A stretch of 63,061 nucleotides of DNA, the filler included, from Welwitschia mirabilis (lineage: Eukaryota), in assembly GCA_051453625.1 (NCBI GenBank). It is 7 parts of one record of this genome, joined end to end, with 100 filler letters (N's around TTAATTAATTAA, not from the genome) between each part and the next. Parts side by side here need not be neighbours in the genome. Positions count along the whole stretch, not along the records: positions 1 to 28,737 come from JBOZIK010000001.1; positions 28,838 to 50,247 come from JBOZIK010000001.1; 5 more parts are not named here. One strand, given 5' to 3'. Made by a program: the position numbers and the translations under genes. This document shows, in pieces, positions 27,731 to 40,560 of the stretch. How positions within the stretch are numbered: the stretch's first letter is position 1; every line of letters starts with the position of its first letter. The notes below the pieces were generated by a model that was not told the origin of the DNA, ran no database searches, and was given only the letters and a program-made list of their open reading frames with translations.

Positions 27731-28737
27731 ACTTATGATCTAAATAAGCTATATAACTACTACCAAATCATAATCAACTTAAACCATAAGGGACATTTAC
27801 ATAAAAGTAGTAAAAAGAGTTTTTAAATTAATTTTCAAATTAATATCCACTTATAATAAAGTAATATCATCACAATTAAGGATACTTAACCCAGCACTAA
27901 GGTAATCTTCTCTCTATAGTTACTGGATGGACCTCTTGTTCTTTAATCTTGCATCACAAGAATATTTGATATAAAATATGGAAATGGAAGTGANNNNNNN
28001 NNNNNNNNNNNNNNNNNNNNNNNNNNNNNNNNNNNNNNNNNNNNNNNNNNNNNNNNNNNNNNNNNNNNNNNNNNNNNNNNNNNNNNNNNNNNNTCTTGTT
28101 CTTTAATCTTGCATCACAAGAATATTTGACATAAAATATGGAAATGGAAGTGAAGGAAAGGGGGGTATTTATAGTTTTACATTGAAGTTCTAGAAGCACA
28201 ACTCTAGAAGTAGAAGAAGAAATCATAATAACCTATAAAGGCCACATGACCCCATTACAAAAATAGTTCTTTCCATTCATACAAAAAATAGGTACCATAT
28301 TAACTACCATGGGGATGACAATGGGGATGATACTTTGCAACAAAAGGTAATCCATTAGTTCCAAGCCCCACAGTTAACTCTGCATATTCATTTCATGTTA
28401 GTAATGCTATTGTCCTCTTTATCGTGGGGATGACAGAGTGAACAATAAGCCTCTCTATCTTTTATCTTAAAGGGAATTCATAATTTTACATGGTTATTCA
28501 TTTCTTCAAGACATGAAGTAATTCTCCATAATCATTAAAATTGCATCAAAACCTATATAAATGTCCAAAAAAAAAACTCAAAATACACCATAAAATTCCT
28601 AGAAATTGGCATCACAACATAGTCCCCTACTTAGTCTTATCAGTTTCTGATAAAGTTAGTAATCAACTATATTATAAGCCAATTTGACTAAAATAACCAA
28701 CAACTATAAAAATGTAATTTTAAGTTCAAGTTTTACC
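27731..28737 (-). mobile_element. Truncated 3' LTR (27731-28619) plus PPT (28620-28632) and 3' UTR of a second same-family element
   Basis: 27731-28619 aligns to 26940-27730. The minus strand reads AAGTAGGGGACTA|TGTTGTGATGCCAATTT. Confidence 0.8.
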
Positions 28738-28837
28738 NNNNNNNNNNNNNNNNNNNNNNNNNNNNNNNNNNNNNNNNNNNNTTAATTAATTAANNNNNNN
28801 NNNNNNNNNNNNNNNNNNNNNNNNNNNNNNNNNNNNN
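28738..28837. other. Artificial scaffold spacer 44N-TTAATTAATTAA-44N
   Basis: Exactly 100 nt with stops in all six frames; identical at six places in the window. Confidence 0.97.
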
Positions 28838-29723
28838 TAATCAAAACATATTAAAGAACAAATGCACCAATTCCAAAACTGTCATGTGACATAATAAGAA
28901 AAATAATATTTTATACCTAAGGTACTTCCACAAATATCAATAAGGATAAAAGTCATGGTAGATTAAATTCTACTCATTTATCCTTTTTAATTATGGATAA
29001 GAGTGCATGTCTTTATTCACATGTTTACACTCTTCATGATCCATCATATCAACAACACAAATAATAATTAAAAAAAATGCCATAATTACATGTAAGAAAA
29101 AGGTCATAATGGATTGTAATAATCCTATCCTTTAAATAAAAAGGCATAGTTACTAACTTGATTATATTTGAATGATTTTAATTGATAATCTTATAAAAGA
29201 AATCAAGTTATTCAAGAAACTCATAAGGATACTCACAATCTAAATGTTAAAATATAGGGAAATCATTAAGATTTTTGATAGGGATAAAATAAATAGAGAT
29301 TATTTTTAAACTTTAAAAGTTACCCAAGAATAGATTGAGGATTAGAATTTTGAACATTATTATCTTTAGTACATTTTAAAAATCAAGATAATGTAAGATC
29401 TCATTACAATAATCAAACTCTTAAGAAGTGATAATGATAATAAAGGTGCAAAAAGTTGATTTGATGATGTATGCTTAGAACTATGTAATAATTTTAGTAA
29501 AAATCTAATATTTACTCATATATGCATAGCATGAAAACTAAAATAAAGAGAGATGAACAAAAAGTACAAGATATTACAACATGTACATGTAAAAGGATTC
29601 TTGAAGTAATTCACGCTTATGAGTTTCTTGATGTATTTGTAATATAGAAAGCACTTCAAAAAATAAATTTCTAATGAGTGTACATCCATAAGGTATAATA
29701 TTTCATATCAAAACAATCACAAG

Positions 29724-30673
29724 TGTTGCAGTGTGTATTTGTGCAATAGTTCACATTCAATTTCAATCCTGTTAATTATAAATAAGATGCAAAATACAAC
29801 ACACTATGATCCGAATGTCGTAATTCCATTGAAGGCCAATGGTATGGACAATAAAGAGTTGATTTCAGAAAAGAAATGTGTAANNNNNNNNNNNNNNNNN
29901 NNNNNNNNNNNNNNNNNNNNNNNNNNNNNNNNNNNNNNNNNNNNNNNNNNNNNNNNNNNNNNNNNNNNNNNNNNNNNNNNNNNNNNNNNNNNNNNNNNNN
30001 NNNNNNNNNNNNNNNNNNNNNNNNNNNNNNNNNNNNNNNNNNNNNNNNNNNNNNNNNNNNNNNNNNNNNNNNNNNNNNNNNNNNNNNNNNNCATGAAAGG
30101 GAAAGTCGCAATTAACAAGCGACAACTTGGGAATACAATCTGTGAAAGTGTAAGAGGACAGTGTCGTCCATGTTATCATCTGGACGATAGAGGAGACGAC
30201 AGGGATTTACAATAAGTTATCTAGTTTATAATGAGTTTAACTATCTGTGATCTTCATGCAAACTATTGTCGACTAATTCTGGAGTTGTCATCCACTAGTA
30301 TCGTTTGAACGATGAGATGAACGATGGAGTCTATCAATAAGATCTTCACTTCAACTGCAAGCTATCTGGAATTAAGTCTGTCATCTATTGAATTAGGTTG
30401 TCATCCTGACTATCGTCTGGACGACATAGGGGACGACAGTCTTCTATTCATCCTTTGTTAGTCTGATATCTGGTTGTTTATAGGGATAATCATCTGAAAA
30501 TACAATTTATCCATATCTATAGGAAATCTTCATGAATTATCTGATAAACTGCATGTTTTTGTCTTGTGTTCCTGGATTCTCAATTTTCATAAGAACTAGG
30601 CATTTATCTGTTAGTTTATCTGCAAAATAGCTAAAAATACCCTATCAAATATAATTAAGTTGGCGTCGCAACA
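29724..30673 (-). repeat. Relatively young apparent solo LTR with a 5-bp TSD
   Basis: Minus strand TGTTGCGACGCCAACTT..ACTGCAACA; flanks ACAAG (29719-23) and ACAGG (30674-78); CpGs retained; internal N gap. Confidence 0.8.
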
Positions 30674-32864
30674 ACAGGCATTCTCTATAATAGCACAATT
30701 TGAAACAAAGACAAAACTCAATTTTTAAAATGAGGATATCCCTCTTTGGACCTTTATAAAAATATTTGTATACTTAACTCAATAATTCAATTCAAGAAAA
30801 ATAAATCAAGTATAAATAATTTATAATAAGGCATAAATAAATCTCTTGAATTAAACGACGTATGTAATGGAAGTATGTAGGTATCAACATTATGGAACAT
30901 TTGGTAAAGAGTATTTTTAAAATATTATTCATTTCTCTAGTAAACTATTACTTTAGATGGTAATACAACTATCCTTAATTGACATTTATGTACTTACAAA
31001 ACATCACAAATAAATAATGTTAAGAACTAAATGTGTAAAAGGAAAAAATTTCATGGGATGTGAAAATAAGCATACATTAAAGATGAAATAAAACATATTC
31101 TATAAATATTTACAAAGACTATAGATATCATTTAATACTTAAACAAATAATTAAGAAAATTAAATGGTTAAAAATACTTTAGCAAGTATTTATTAAAAAA
31201 TAGTTTTTCATGAAAAGTTAAGTTCTTTAAATTTTATAAAATGGATGGATACGAGTCATTTAAACTTATTATTCCATTGTATACTAATTGTCTACTACTT
31301 AAAAAATCAAAAGATAAAATTTTAAAAATAAGATTTTTTACGCTAACATAGTAAAATGATTAACTTTAATAATATTTCTAATAAATATCGATAAATTGAC
31401 TTGAATTATAACTCTTACTTAAGCATGAAATGGATTGTAAAAGTAATATAATATTTAAATAAAGTTATTAATTAATATATAATTAATAAAAATCAACATG
31501 TAAATTATTGAAAGGGTAAGATAATCATATTTAATAGTGCTATAAAATATGTTTTTAGGATTAAATAGCATGTTATAAAGAGTTAATGATCAATGTATGT
31601 AATAATGGGGATAATCAAATTTATTATATAATTCACTCCTACTGGATGATTATAAGGAGTTTTATACTTATATGTCATTATTTCCAAAATAAAAGTAAAT
31701 AATCCATTGATTAAGAGGACATAATTTAAAGGAATTGATTATATTTAACAATGGAAGTTTTTGCAGGAGCTAGCTAAACTTATGAATATTCCTAAGAGAA
31801 AATTTAAACATTTTCGGATCTCTAAGGCCAAATAAAACTAAGAAATGATGATCAAGATTTAATAGACAAAAAATATGATGTTGTCTACCCTATTATCTAG
31901 ATGATAAAAGATGGATAATAGTCATTATGATTATTTTTTTTCGCAATGTCGATTATGGGTGATCGAATTCTTCTAATACAAAATAAAATTTCTGATTTTT
32001 ATCTTTTTTGGCTCTAAATTTATTACGACATATTGGTATTTTTCTATGTTTTATTGTATTAAAATCTCATAGAAATGCATGATTATTTTGAAAAAATCTT
32101 GAGAAATTTTGCAAATATAAAACTTTTTAGAATGGGTGGTAAATTTTCTAGTATTTCTAGGCCAATTATTATAAGCAAAAATTAAGAGAATAAAATAGAG
32201 TGCTTAAATAAAATTTTGAATTTATAATATGGAATTCACAATTGTAAACTTCTGTCATCCAAGAGAACAATGAATAAAGGTGAATATATTTATCATTTTT
32301 TTAAGATGATATTTCTAATAAAAAGGGAAAAAAACCTTCTTCTAAGATTTGTAAGGTTAAATCAATCAAATTGAATCTGATAAAACTATGTTTTTATAAA
32401 GTTTACAAGATTAAATCAATCAAATTGAACCTGATGGAATAATGTTGTTATTGTATTTTTCTGATGTCTCACTTCTGATCTCTTGCATTCAGCATTCATT
32501 TGTCGTGTTCTCTTCTGCAATGTATTCCCAGCTCTAATCATTGCAACAGTATCTATGATGGCTTTACCGTCTTTCTGACTTGTTATGTTTGTGTTCTGCC
32601 TCCATTCTAATGTATTTTTTTCTTGATGCAGTCCTGATCTAGTGCATTTCGACCTTCTTTTTGATGTGTTTTGGTGTGGCATTCCTTCTCACTCCGCTTT
32701 CTACTGATGCGCTTTCAGCCTTGCTCTGCGCATTCCTCTTTTGGTCTGGTATTTTCCTATTATTCGCTGTTCTTTGTTCCTCTTCAGTGTTGTGTCCTTT
32801 CCGTCCTCTATGAATGACGTCCTCCTTCGATCGTCTCGACCTCCTCTCTCCACTGTGACTTGTC

Positions 32865-34725
32865 TGTTCTTCTGCACTGCCTCTCATTTTATTTTTTTGA
32901 GCATCTTGCTACTCCCTTCGACCTTGTGTCTCAGATATCCCATTCAGTGTGTGTTGGTTCACTGCTACGCGTTGTTCTTTGTTGTTTTTGATTCATGCAT
33001 CTAGCATCTCCTATTATTTGCTGCTCTAATCTGCCCATGTTTATTGTTGTTGCTGGTTCCTCTTCTTTGATGTGCCTCGCCCTTGTTGTTCTCTGCTTAT
33101 TCCTGTCATTTTGTTTTGTTTTGTGATTTGTGTTGTTGCTAATCCCTATATTCCTTGGTGCGCTTCAATATGTGTCGGTATCCTTCTATTTCTGATGCTA
33201 TCTTGTCTGCGGTTCTCCTGTTATTTGCATTTCTCGGCCTTTTGACTATTTTAATGCTTGCCGTCCTTTACTGGCGTTCTTATGCTTCTTCTTCACATTC
33301 GATGCACATCGCTATTGTGTTTTCTGCCCCGTTCTTGTCGCACTGATCTCCTCTTTTTGATGTTATTCCAATTATGTTAATGCGATCTTATGCTATTATT
33401 TTGATACAGAGCCTCCTTCATCGATCTCTTGTGCACCCAACCGAGTGAAGAAAAAGAGCCAAGTAAACATAGAAATCCCTTAGTTACTAGACAGAAGAGG
33501 GATTCCAATGGACATCCTATTCCGTTGNNNNNNNNNNNNNNNNNNNNNNNNNNNNNNNNNNNNNNNNNNNNNNNNNNNNNNNNNNNNNNNNNNNNNNNNN
33601 NNNNNNNNNNNNNNNNNNNNNNNNNNNNNNNNNNNNNNNNNNNNNNNNNNNNNNNNNNNNNNNNNNNNNNNNNNNNNNNNNNNNNNNNNNNNNNNNNNNN
33701 NNNNNNNNNNNNNNNNNNNNNNNNNNNNNNNNNNNNNNNNNNNNNNNNNNNNNNNNNNNNNNNNNNNNNNNNNNNNNNNNNNNNNNNNNNNNNNNNNNNN
33801 NNNNNNNNNNNNNNNNNNNNNNNNNNNNNNNNNNNNNNNNNNNNNNNNNNNNNNNNNNNNNNNNNNNNNNNNNNNNNNNNNNNNNNNNNNNNNNNNNNNN
33901 NNNNNNNNNNNNNNNNNNNNNNNNNNNNNNNNNNNNNNNNNNNNNNNNNNNNNNNNNNNNNNNNNNNNNNNNNNNNNNNNNNNNNNNNNNNNNNNNNNNN
34001 NNNNNNNNNNNNNNNNNNNNNNNNNNNNNNNNNNNNNNNNNNNNNNNNNNNNNNNNNNNNNNNNNNNTGTTCTTCTGCACTGCCTCTCATTCTATTTTTC
34101 TGAGCATCTTGCTACTCCCTTTGACCTTGCGTCTCAGATATCCCATTCAGTGTGCGTTCGTTCACTGCTGCGCGTTGTTCTTTGTTGTTTCTGCTTCGTG
34201 TGTCTAGCGTCTCCTATTATTTGCTGCTCTAATCCGGTTGTGTTCGTTGTCGTTGCTGGTTCTTCTCCTTTGATGCACCTCGTCCTCACTGTTCTCTGCT
34301 TATTCATGTCATTTTGGTTTATTCTGTGATTTATGTTATTGCTGGTCCCTATGTTCCTTCGTGCACTTCAATATGTGCCAGTCTCCTTCTATTTCTGATG
34401 CTGCCTTTTATGCGGTTCTTCTGTTATTTGCATTCCTTGGCCTTTTGACTATTCTAATGCTTGCCTTGCTGGTGTTCTTATGCTTCTTCTTCACATTCGA
34501 TGCGCATCGCTGTTGTGTTTTCTGCCCCGTTCTTGTTGCACTGATCTCCTCTTTTTGATGTTATTCCCACTATGTTAACACGATCTTGTGCTATTATTTT
34601 GATACTGAGCCTCCTTTGTCGATCTCTCGTGCACCCAACCGAGTGAGGAGAAAGAGCTAAGTAAATATAGAAATCCCTCAGTTGCCAAACAGAAGAGGGA
34701 TTCCAATGGACATCCTGTTTCGTCG
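32865..34725 (+). repeat. Two ~660-bp aligned direct copies of an unclassified CpG-containing, pyrimidine-rich sequence
   Basis: 32865-33527 aligns with 34068-34725 with roughly one difference per 10 nt by eye; an N gap lies between them. Confidence 0.9.
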
Positions 34726-35097
34726 CATGATTCTATGAGATATTTTAAGATTTTTATGGGATCTGTTCCTAAGATTGTGTTGATTTTCTATCACACAATT
34801 CCATTTATATGCAATCTTCTTTGACTATTCCTTGGCTTCCTTTGCCGTGAAGACCAAAAGGCAATGGTTTTTGAAAAGAACGTATGGAACAAGGGGTCAA
34901 TCTAAACTACTTTTTGGCATTTCAGAAAAAGGGAAACAGTACTTCATTAGCTCCACTTTTGTAAAAACATTGGTTAGGTGATTCTATGATTCAACATAGT
35001 CTTCTATAAAGATTGTGATGATTGCAGTGGGATTTGAGTTCATGAAGGACTTAATTGCCTGTAATGTATTGATTACCAAACTTTAATTAAAAAAAAA
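34726..35097 (+). mobile_element. Possible LINE 3' end (decayed ORF2 C-terminus plus A-tail)
   Basis: With one frameshift, 34824-34880 reads TIPWL-LCREDQKAMVFEK, loosely like the plant L1 'W..W.ERN..IF' motif. Ends in A9 at 35089-35097. Confidence 0.3.
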
Positions 35098-35101
35098 GTA
35101 C

Positions 35102-35122
35102 ATATATATATATATATATATA
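35102..35122. repeat. (AT)n microsatellite
   Basis: About 10 consecutive AT units. Confidence 0.95.
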
Positions 35123-35399
35123 CAATAGTCAAAAGAAGATAAAATGTATTAAAGGATGTTGATCCAGAGGATGACTAATAATAGAATAATGTAAGAAACA
35201 TGAGGTTTCATCTACTAGGTCATTTGGACAATAACAAAGAATGTTATTAATAGGATTGATGAAACTTAAAAATTGACATTTACATCAAGGAATTAAGGTT
35301 TTATTAGCAAAATTTAATTAATTATCACACTAGTTTTACACAATTCTTATACTTAAGGCCATGAAAATTCCATTTTACTATTGATCTGCCTTAAGACTA

Positions 35400-36536
35400 T
35401 TAATGTTTAGGATAAATGTGATATCTGGAGCATAGTGGTAGGAGACGGAGGTGTGATAATAATAATTGGAAGTAAAACCCATCATAGGCATGGTGGCATT
35501 GGTTCTTTGGTGTAAAATAATATCATTCTTATGTTTCTAAATCCTCTTAATATAAAAATACATTTCTACCATTTATGCAAAACAAAGATGAAAGAAGAAT
35601 ATTTTTTAAGAGGAACCCCTCAATTTGGCCTATGACTAAATAATTATTTTATGTACTTTGGGCATTCTATAGAATGATTCTATCAAGCCTTTGAAATCCT
35701 AATTGTAATTCCTAATTATATCTTATAAACATCCTACCTCTCATTACTTATAGGACATGAATTCATAGTAAATCATTATCAAAGAGATTAGAGATTTAGT
35801 CATGAGTTTGTTCTAAGCCTCCTATAGGGATGAACTAGCTACTAAGCTGGCATGATTCTTTTTAGTTTAGCATGACTACATTTTTAAATTGTATGATTTA
35901 ATTTTTTAGATAATAAATAGTGATATTAAATTCTGAATTCCATTCTTGTTATTCTTAGGATTGGTTGAGACATGCTTTTACTATAAGATCTATTTTGATC
36001 ATTCTCTTTTTCATTCTAGCTTGCATAACATAAATGTTTATTTGATAGATCTTAAGAGACTTCTACTTTTCATGCTTAGCTTATTCTTACTATGAAGTCT
36101 ATGTAGCTTTATTATATTACCCTCATGTTTATGATGGTTGAGATTATGCTATTATACCTGAGCTTGGACTACATGAACAATCACGGTCATAGTGGATTAT
36201 ATCATTGTAAATGAGTTGGAAGTAATTATGTTTTTTATAAAATTTAGTATATTATTTTTAATGTTATGCCCCATTATTAGATCTTTAGTTTCATCTCATT
36301 TGGTCCTACTATTTACTATTGTGCTTATTTATTGAGAGCTTTTATTATTATCTACCTTTATAAAAGAATGGAACTAGGACTATATTACAAATAAAAGTCC
36401 TAGTATTTTTGGGAAAAGTTAGGAGTAACCATGATTTGTATCTCTAGAACACTCTTGTGATTTATCATATATTTACAATAGATTCAATCATAGCCACACT
36501 TCACTAGAAACAACGTTTCGGCGTTGTTGCTAAGGA
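35400..36536 (+). mobile_element. Older Athila-like LTR plus PBS of a different subfamily (left boundary uncertain)
   Basis: TTTCGGCGTTGTTGCTAAGGA at 36516-36536 resembles TTTTGGCGCCGTTGCCGGGGA and is followed by a T-rich leader. Confidence 0.5.
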
Positions 36537-39500
36537 TAGTGGCATGGTAGCTATAATAGAGTACACATAGAATTTACTTGCTTGTACAATTTTTAGTTTT
36601 TAGTATTTAATTATTTTTATTTATTTTTTTTAATTTTATACTAATATCATTTCTAGTGCTTTGTTTTTTCCTTTCTTTTTATCACTAGTGGATTAATGTT
36701 TATGATGCCTGACACTTGATTGATAGAATTTGATATAATAACTTCTTTCTTTCTTTTTCTTGAATATTAAGAAAACTATAAAACTTGATAGAAAGTGGAT
36801 TTTATATTCTAAAATTAGTTATAAAATAATATAATATTAGATCTTAAATATTGGAAAACATATTGATATTGATAGAAAAAGTTAATATGCAAAAATAAAA
36901 TAATTATGATTTAATAGTTTAGAGAAGTTTCTAAGTAGAATTACAGTCAACTCTACATGGTTAAGAATGGAATTGTGGAGGTTATATTAGGTTTAAAGAA
37001 TTTAAATCATGATAAAAATTTACTAATATAATTTTAGATAAATTAAAGATATCAAAAAATAGATATTATTAAAATAAGAGATAAAGTTCACTAATTGTAC
37101 TTTAATTAAGAAAAGGAAAAAGAAAGAGGAATATTAATGTAAAACATGAATACGTCTAACTTCATAACTATAGAATTAAATTATGTATATTATAAGTTTA
37201 TGTTATTGAAAAGGAGGAAATACCAATTTACCATTCATTACTTGAGAAGAAAGATGGAATCATAAGGAAATGTACTAGAAGAAATGAGAAGAATTAAGAA
37301 AAGAAGAAAGAAGCAGAATAGAATACATTCTTTATTTTAAAAAAATTCAACAAGCATGTCAAATTAGATAATTATATCATGGGTACTAAATGTTCTACTA
37401 TTTCATCAACATTAAATATGCAACATACTATAATAAGTTTAATTGAATTAAAAGAAATGAATGATATAAATGCATCAATCATGTAAATATAAGCTCAAAG
37501 AAATAAAGGAATAGAATACTTATTAGTTTCAAATGCAATTGGATTCCTTTCCATCAGTATTAAATCTAGATACTTGTAGGATATGATGTCTTATCCTCCT
37601 CCTATACCACCTATTCACATGCAATTTATCACTCTTGTAATGCCCTTTAGATGGATGAAAATGAAAGGAAAGAGATGAAAAATGACTTGTATGAGGTTAT
37701 AGAAGCCTAAAAATAGATTAGTATGAAATCAATAAATGTGAATGAAGAATAGAGAAGGCTTTCAAATCTAATATATAAAGAAGATCAAATTGAAAGTAAA
37801 GAAATAAGAAATGAAATGTAGTTAGAAACTCCTTTCAATGCTTAAAAATATCTTCAAAACAATTTTAAAGCATGTTATCTTCTTTAGTATCATTATATGT
37901 GATTGGATATATTGTTTAGCATGAGGGAAGTTCTTTATAGATGTACTAGGGGTAATTTGAAGAAAAATAAGTTGTCATAAATTATGATTTTTACCATCTA
38001 GTTTACATTATAAAAATTTAAATATTTACATGACATTATAGTACCAATTTGTACCATGAAATAACACTGTAGTGTCATAAATTATCACATTAGTGACCAT
38101 AAAAAATCCAAATTTATGAATTAATTCAATTTTAATCCTTTCAAATATTATTACATAAAAACTTAATATTTAACCAAAAAAGAGTAGTAATAAATAACAT
38201 TAGGATTTTTCAAATGTGAATTTTCAAGGTACTAGTGTCCTAATAAGATTTAATACGATCTAATATCATTCATTTAGTATCACATGAGTTAAGATCATTA
38301 CATCAGGAAGTGGATAAGATACAATGATGGAAAAGGAAGTATGAGACATCTCTAGGAATAATAGGTTGTAAAATTATTTCATGCTCTAAATTATTATCCC
38401 TCAATCTTAATCTCTTAGTCACAATCATTATGTATAGCCTTAAACTAAATCATAATGTATCATTTTAAGCTCTTTAAAAACTTATGAATCCTATTAATTA
38501 AAAAATACAAATACCTTTATGTGTAGTATTATAGTTCTAAAAATAATTAAAAAAATATTAATACCTTATTTCATCAAAAAGTTAATTTCATCATAGTATT
38601 ATTATACTTATTTATCATTTATTTTGGAACCTTCTTATTCATGTTGTTTGGGCATTTAGGTACGATGTGTCCAAATACTTTATAATCAAATCATTAAATG
38701 CCTTTATCCTTAATTTTCCTTAAATATTAAATAGGTTACACCCTAGTTTTTTTAGTCAATCCCCTTTTTATCTCTTCTCTTCCTAATTTTACACATTCTT
38801 TTAGGTGTTTTATCAATAATACATATCTCTCATCCAAGTTTGAGTTAGAATTTAATGATGATAAACTATAGCTATCATTTCTAGGTTTAGAAACTTGAAT
38901 TTTATTATCATCTAAATTTATAATTTTATCTTTATTTTCTGTATGTAGATTTATTAATTAAAAACTAAGAATATCACTTATGAATTCTTCCAATTTAATG
39001 TTGTCAATGTTATTCATGTCCTCTATTGATAGCACTATATTTTTAGAAGTGTTAAAGGTATTTTAAGTAATTTGAATTAATGAGATAGTTTATCAAGCCT
39101 CCATAATTCATTCATAATGTCCATTGGTTTGCTACTGATATATATGTAGGTCTTGCCTTCTTGCCTCCATATGTGCTTAAATTATGTTATAAAGTTTACT
39201 TGATTATTTTTTAAATTTGATTAATTCCTTTGCATGTTATCTATATATAATTCTAAATCTATTCAATGATGGTTAAGGTTCTTATCTTTTTGTATTCTTT
39301 CAAATTTAATCAATAATAGATAGAATTTAGTACCCTTTGATTTAGAATTATATTGTTCTTATTTGTAGTTCATTTTTCACTTACTTTCTTGACAATTGAA
39401 ATCTTAACATCACTTATAATTTTTAAATTATTAAGAGGTTTAAATAATTCTTTCATAATAGTTTAACTATTAAAGCTTATTTTATTTATGAAGACTTGCA

Positions 39501-39619
39501 TTATAGAATTTTAGAATTTATAGTTATCACTACTAAAGTAAGAAGGGTGTTTAATTAGCTGACCTTTTATATTTGATTACCTAAAAAGATACTTAAATAA
39601 TAAGCATAAGTCTCTACAA

Positions 39620-40560
39620 CCTACTCTAATATGAATTGTTAGAATTTAGTATCTTGAAGGAAAGGGGTAAATAAGGTAAATAAATAAAATTTTATTTATT
39701 TTAAGTTAAACAAGGTTTTCATATTAATTATTTTAACTAACACAAAAACATTAGGTAAACATAATATGTAAATAATTAAGAAATAAACATAAGAGACATA
39801 AAAGTACCAAAACCAAGCCTTTTTCTTTACTAAAAAGTAAATTCTTTACAACTCTAACATACCTTTCTAATACTTGTTAGTTAACTAAAATGGATTTTAT
39901 GATAATTCTAAGCATCCAACTTTATTAAATTTTTTCCTTCAATTGAAAATCAAGATAGAAAAAAGATAAAGTAAACATGAAAGTATAATTTATTCCTTTT
40001 ATTCATAAGATATAAATTTTAAAGATCCAAAAAGTATTTGAATATATAACTATGATTCAATTATAAAAGAATCAAGTTTTTAGTATTACGTAATAGTTAC
40101 AAGGTACGTGACTACTAGACTAAAGAATTTGATAAAATATACATCAAATGGCTAAAGCAAAGGTCATAACTTTTTTTCAAAAGCTAGAGATAGTCTTTGT
40201 TTTTCATAGCTAATTTAAGACTAATCAATCCATTAAAAGAGACTGATTGATTTTCTAGTGATTAATAATTTTTTTAACTAGTTAATTTTACACTAAGACT
40301 TCATAATTTTATCATTACTTGGTTAACCTTCTATTATTTACTAGTTAATAGCCATCTATATTTTACTACTTCACTTTTACAAAGCTCAATTACTTGTCAA
40401 ATTAAAGCTAGTTAAATTCTTGATAATTTTTTAATTCTTATTAAGTTTTTCATTTATGATATCTTTAAATAGTTTACATTTTATTCCTCATAAGGAAATT
40501 CCTATGTCATAAACATTTTAGTTATAACTATTATTTTTCAATATTTAATTAAGCATTCAT
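39620..40560 (-). repeat. Possible decayed Sirevirus-like LTR with tRNA-Met PBS remnant
   Basis: Minus strand TATTTACCCCTTTCC..CTAACA-AT-TCATATTAGAGT, matching TGGTATCAGAGC at 8 of 12 positions; right boundary is a guess. Confidence 0.3.

Noticed and set aside
28782..28793. TTAATTAATTAA as a biological conserved motif
   Set aside because: Always centred in exactly 44 N on each side, so it is an assembly linker.
30399..30438. TGTC/GACA arrays as auxin response elements
   Set aside because: Half-sites are TGTCGT rather than TGTCTC/TGTCGG, and the spacings (12-nt direct period, 4-nt inverted spacer) do not match the preferred DR5 or IR7/8 ARF configurations.
32416..34558. Hydrophobic plus-strand and R/K/E-rich minus-strand ORFs as membrane or nucleic-acid-binding proteins
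   Set aside because: Expected by-products of the T/C strand skew; frames are not conserved between the two copies because of indels and stops.
37980..38500. Possible DNA-transposon or MITE terminal sequence
   Set aside because: No convincing terminal inverted repeat pair or TSD could be found.
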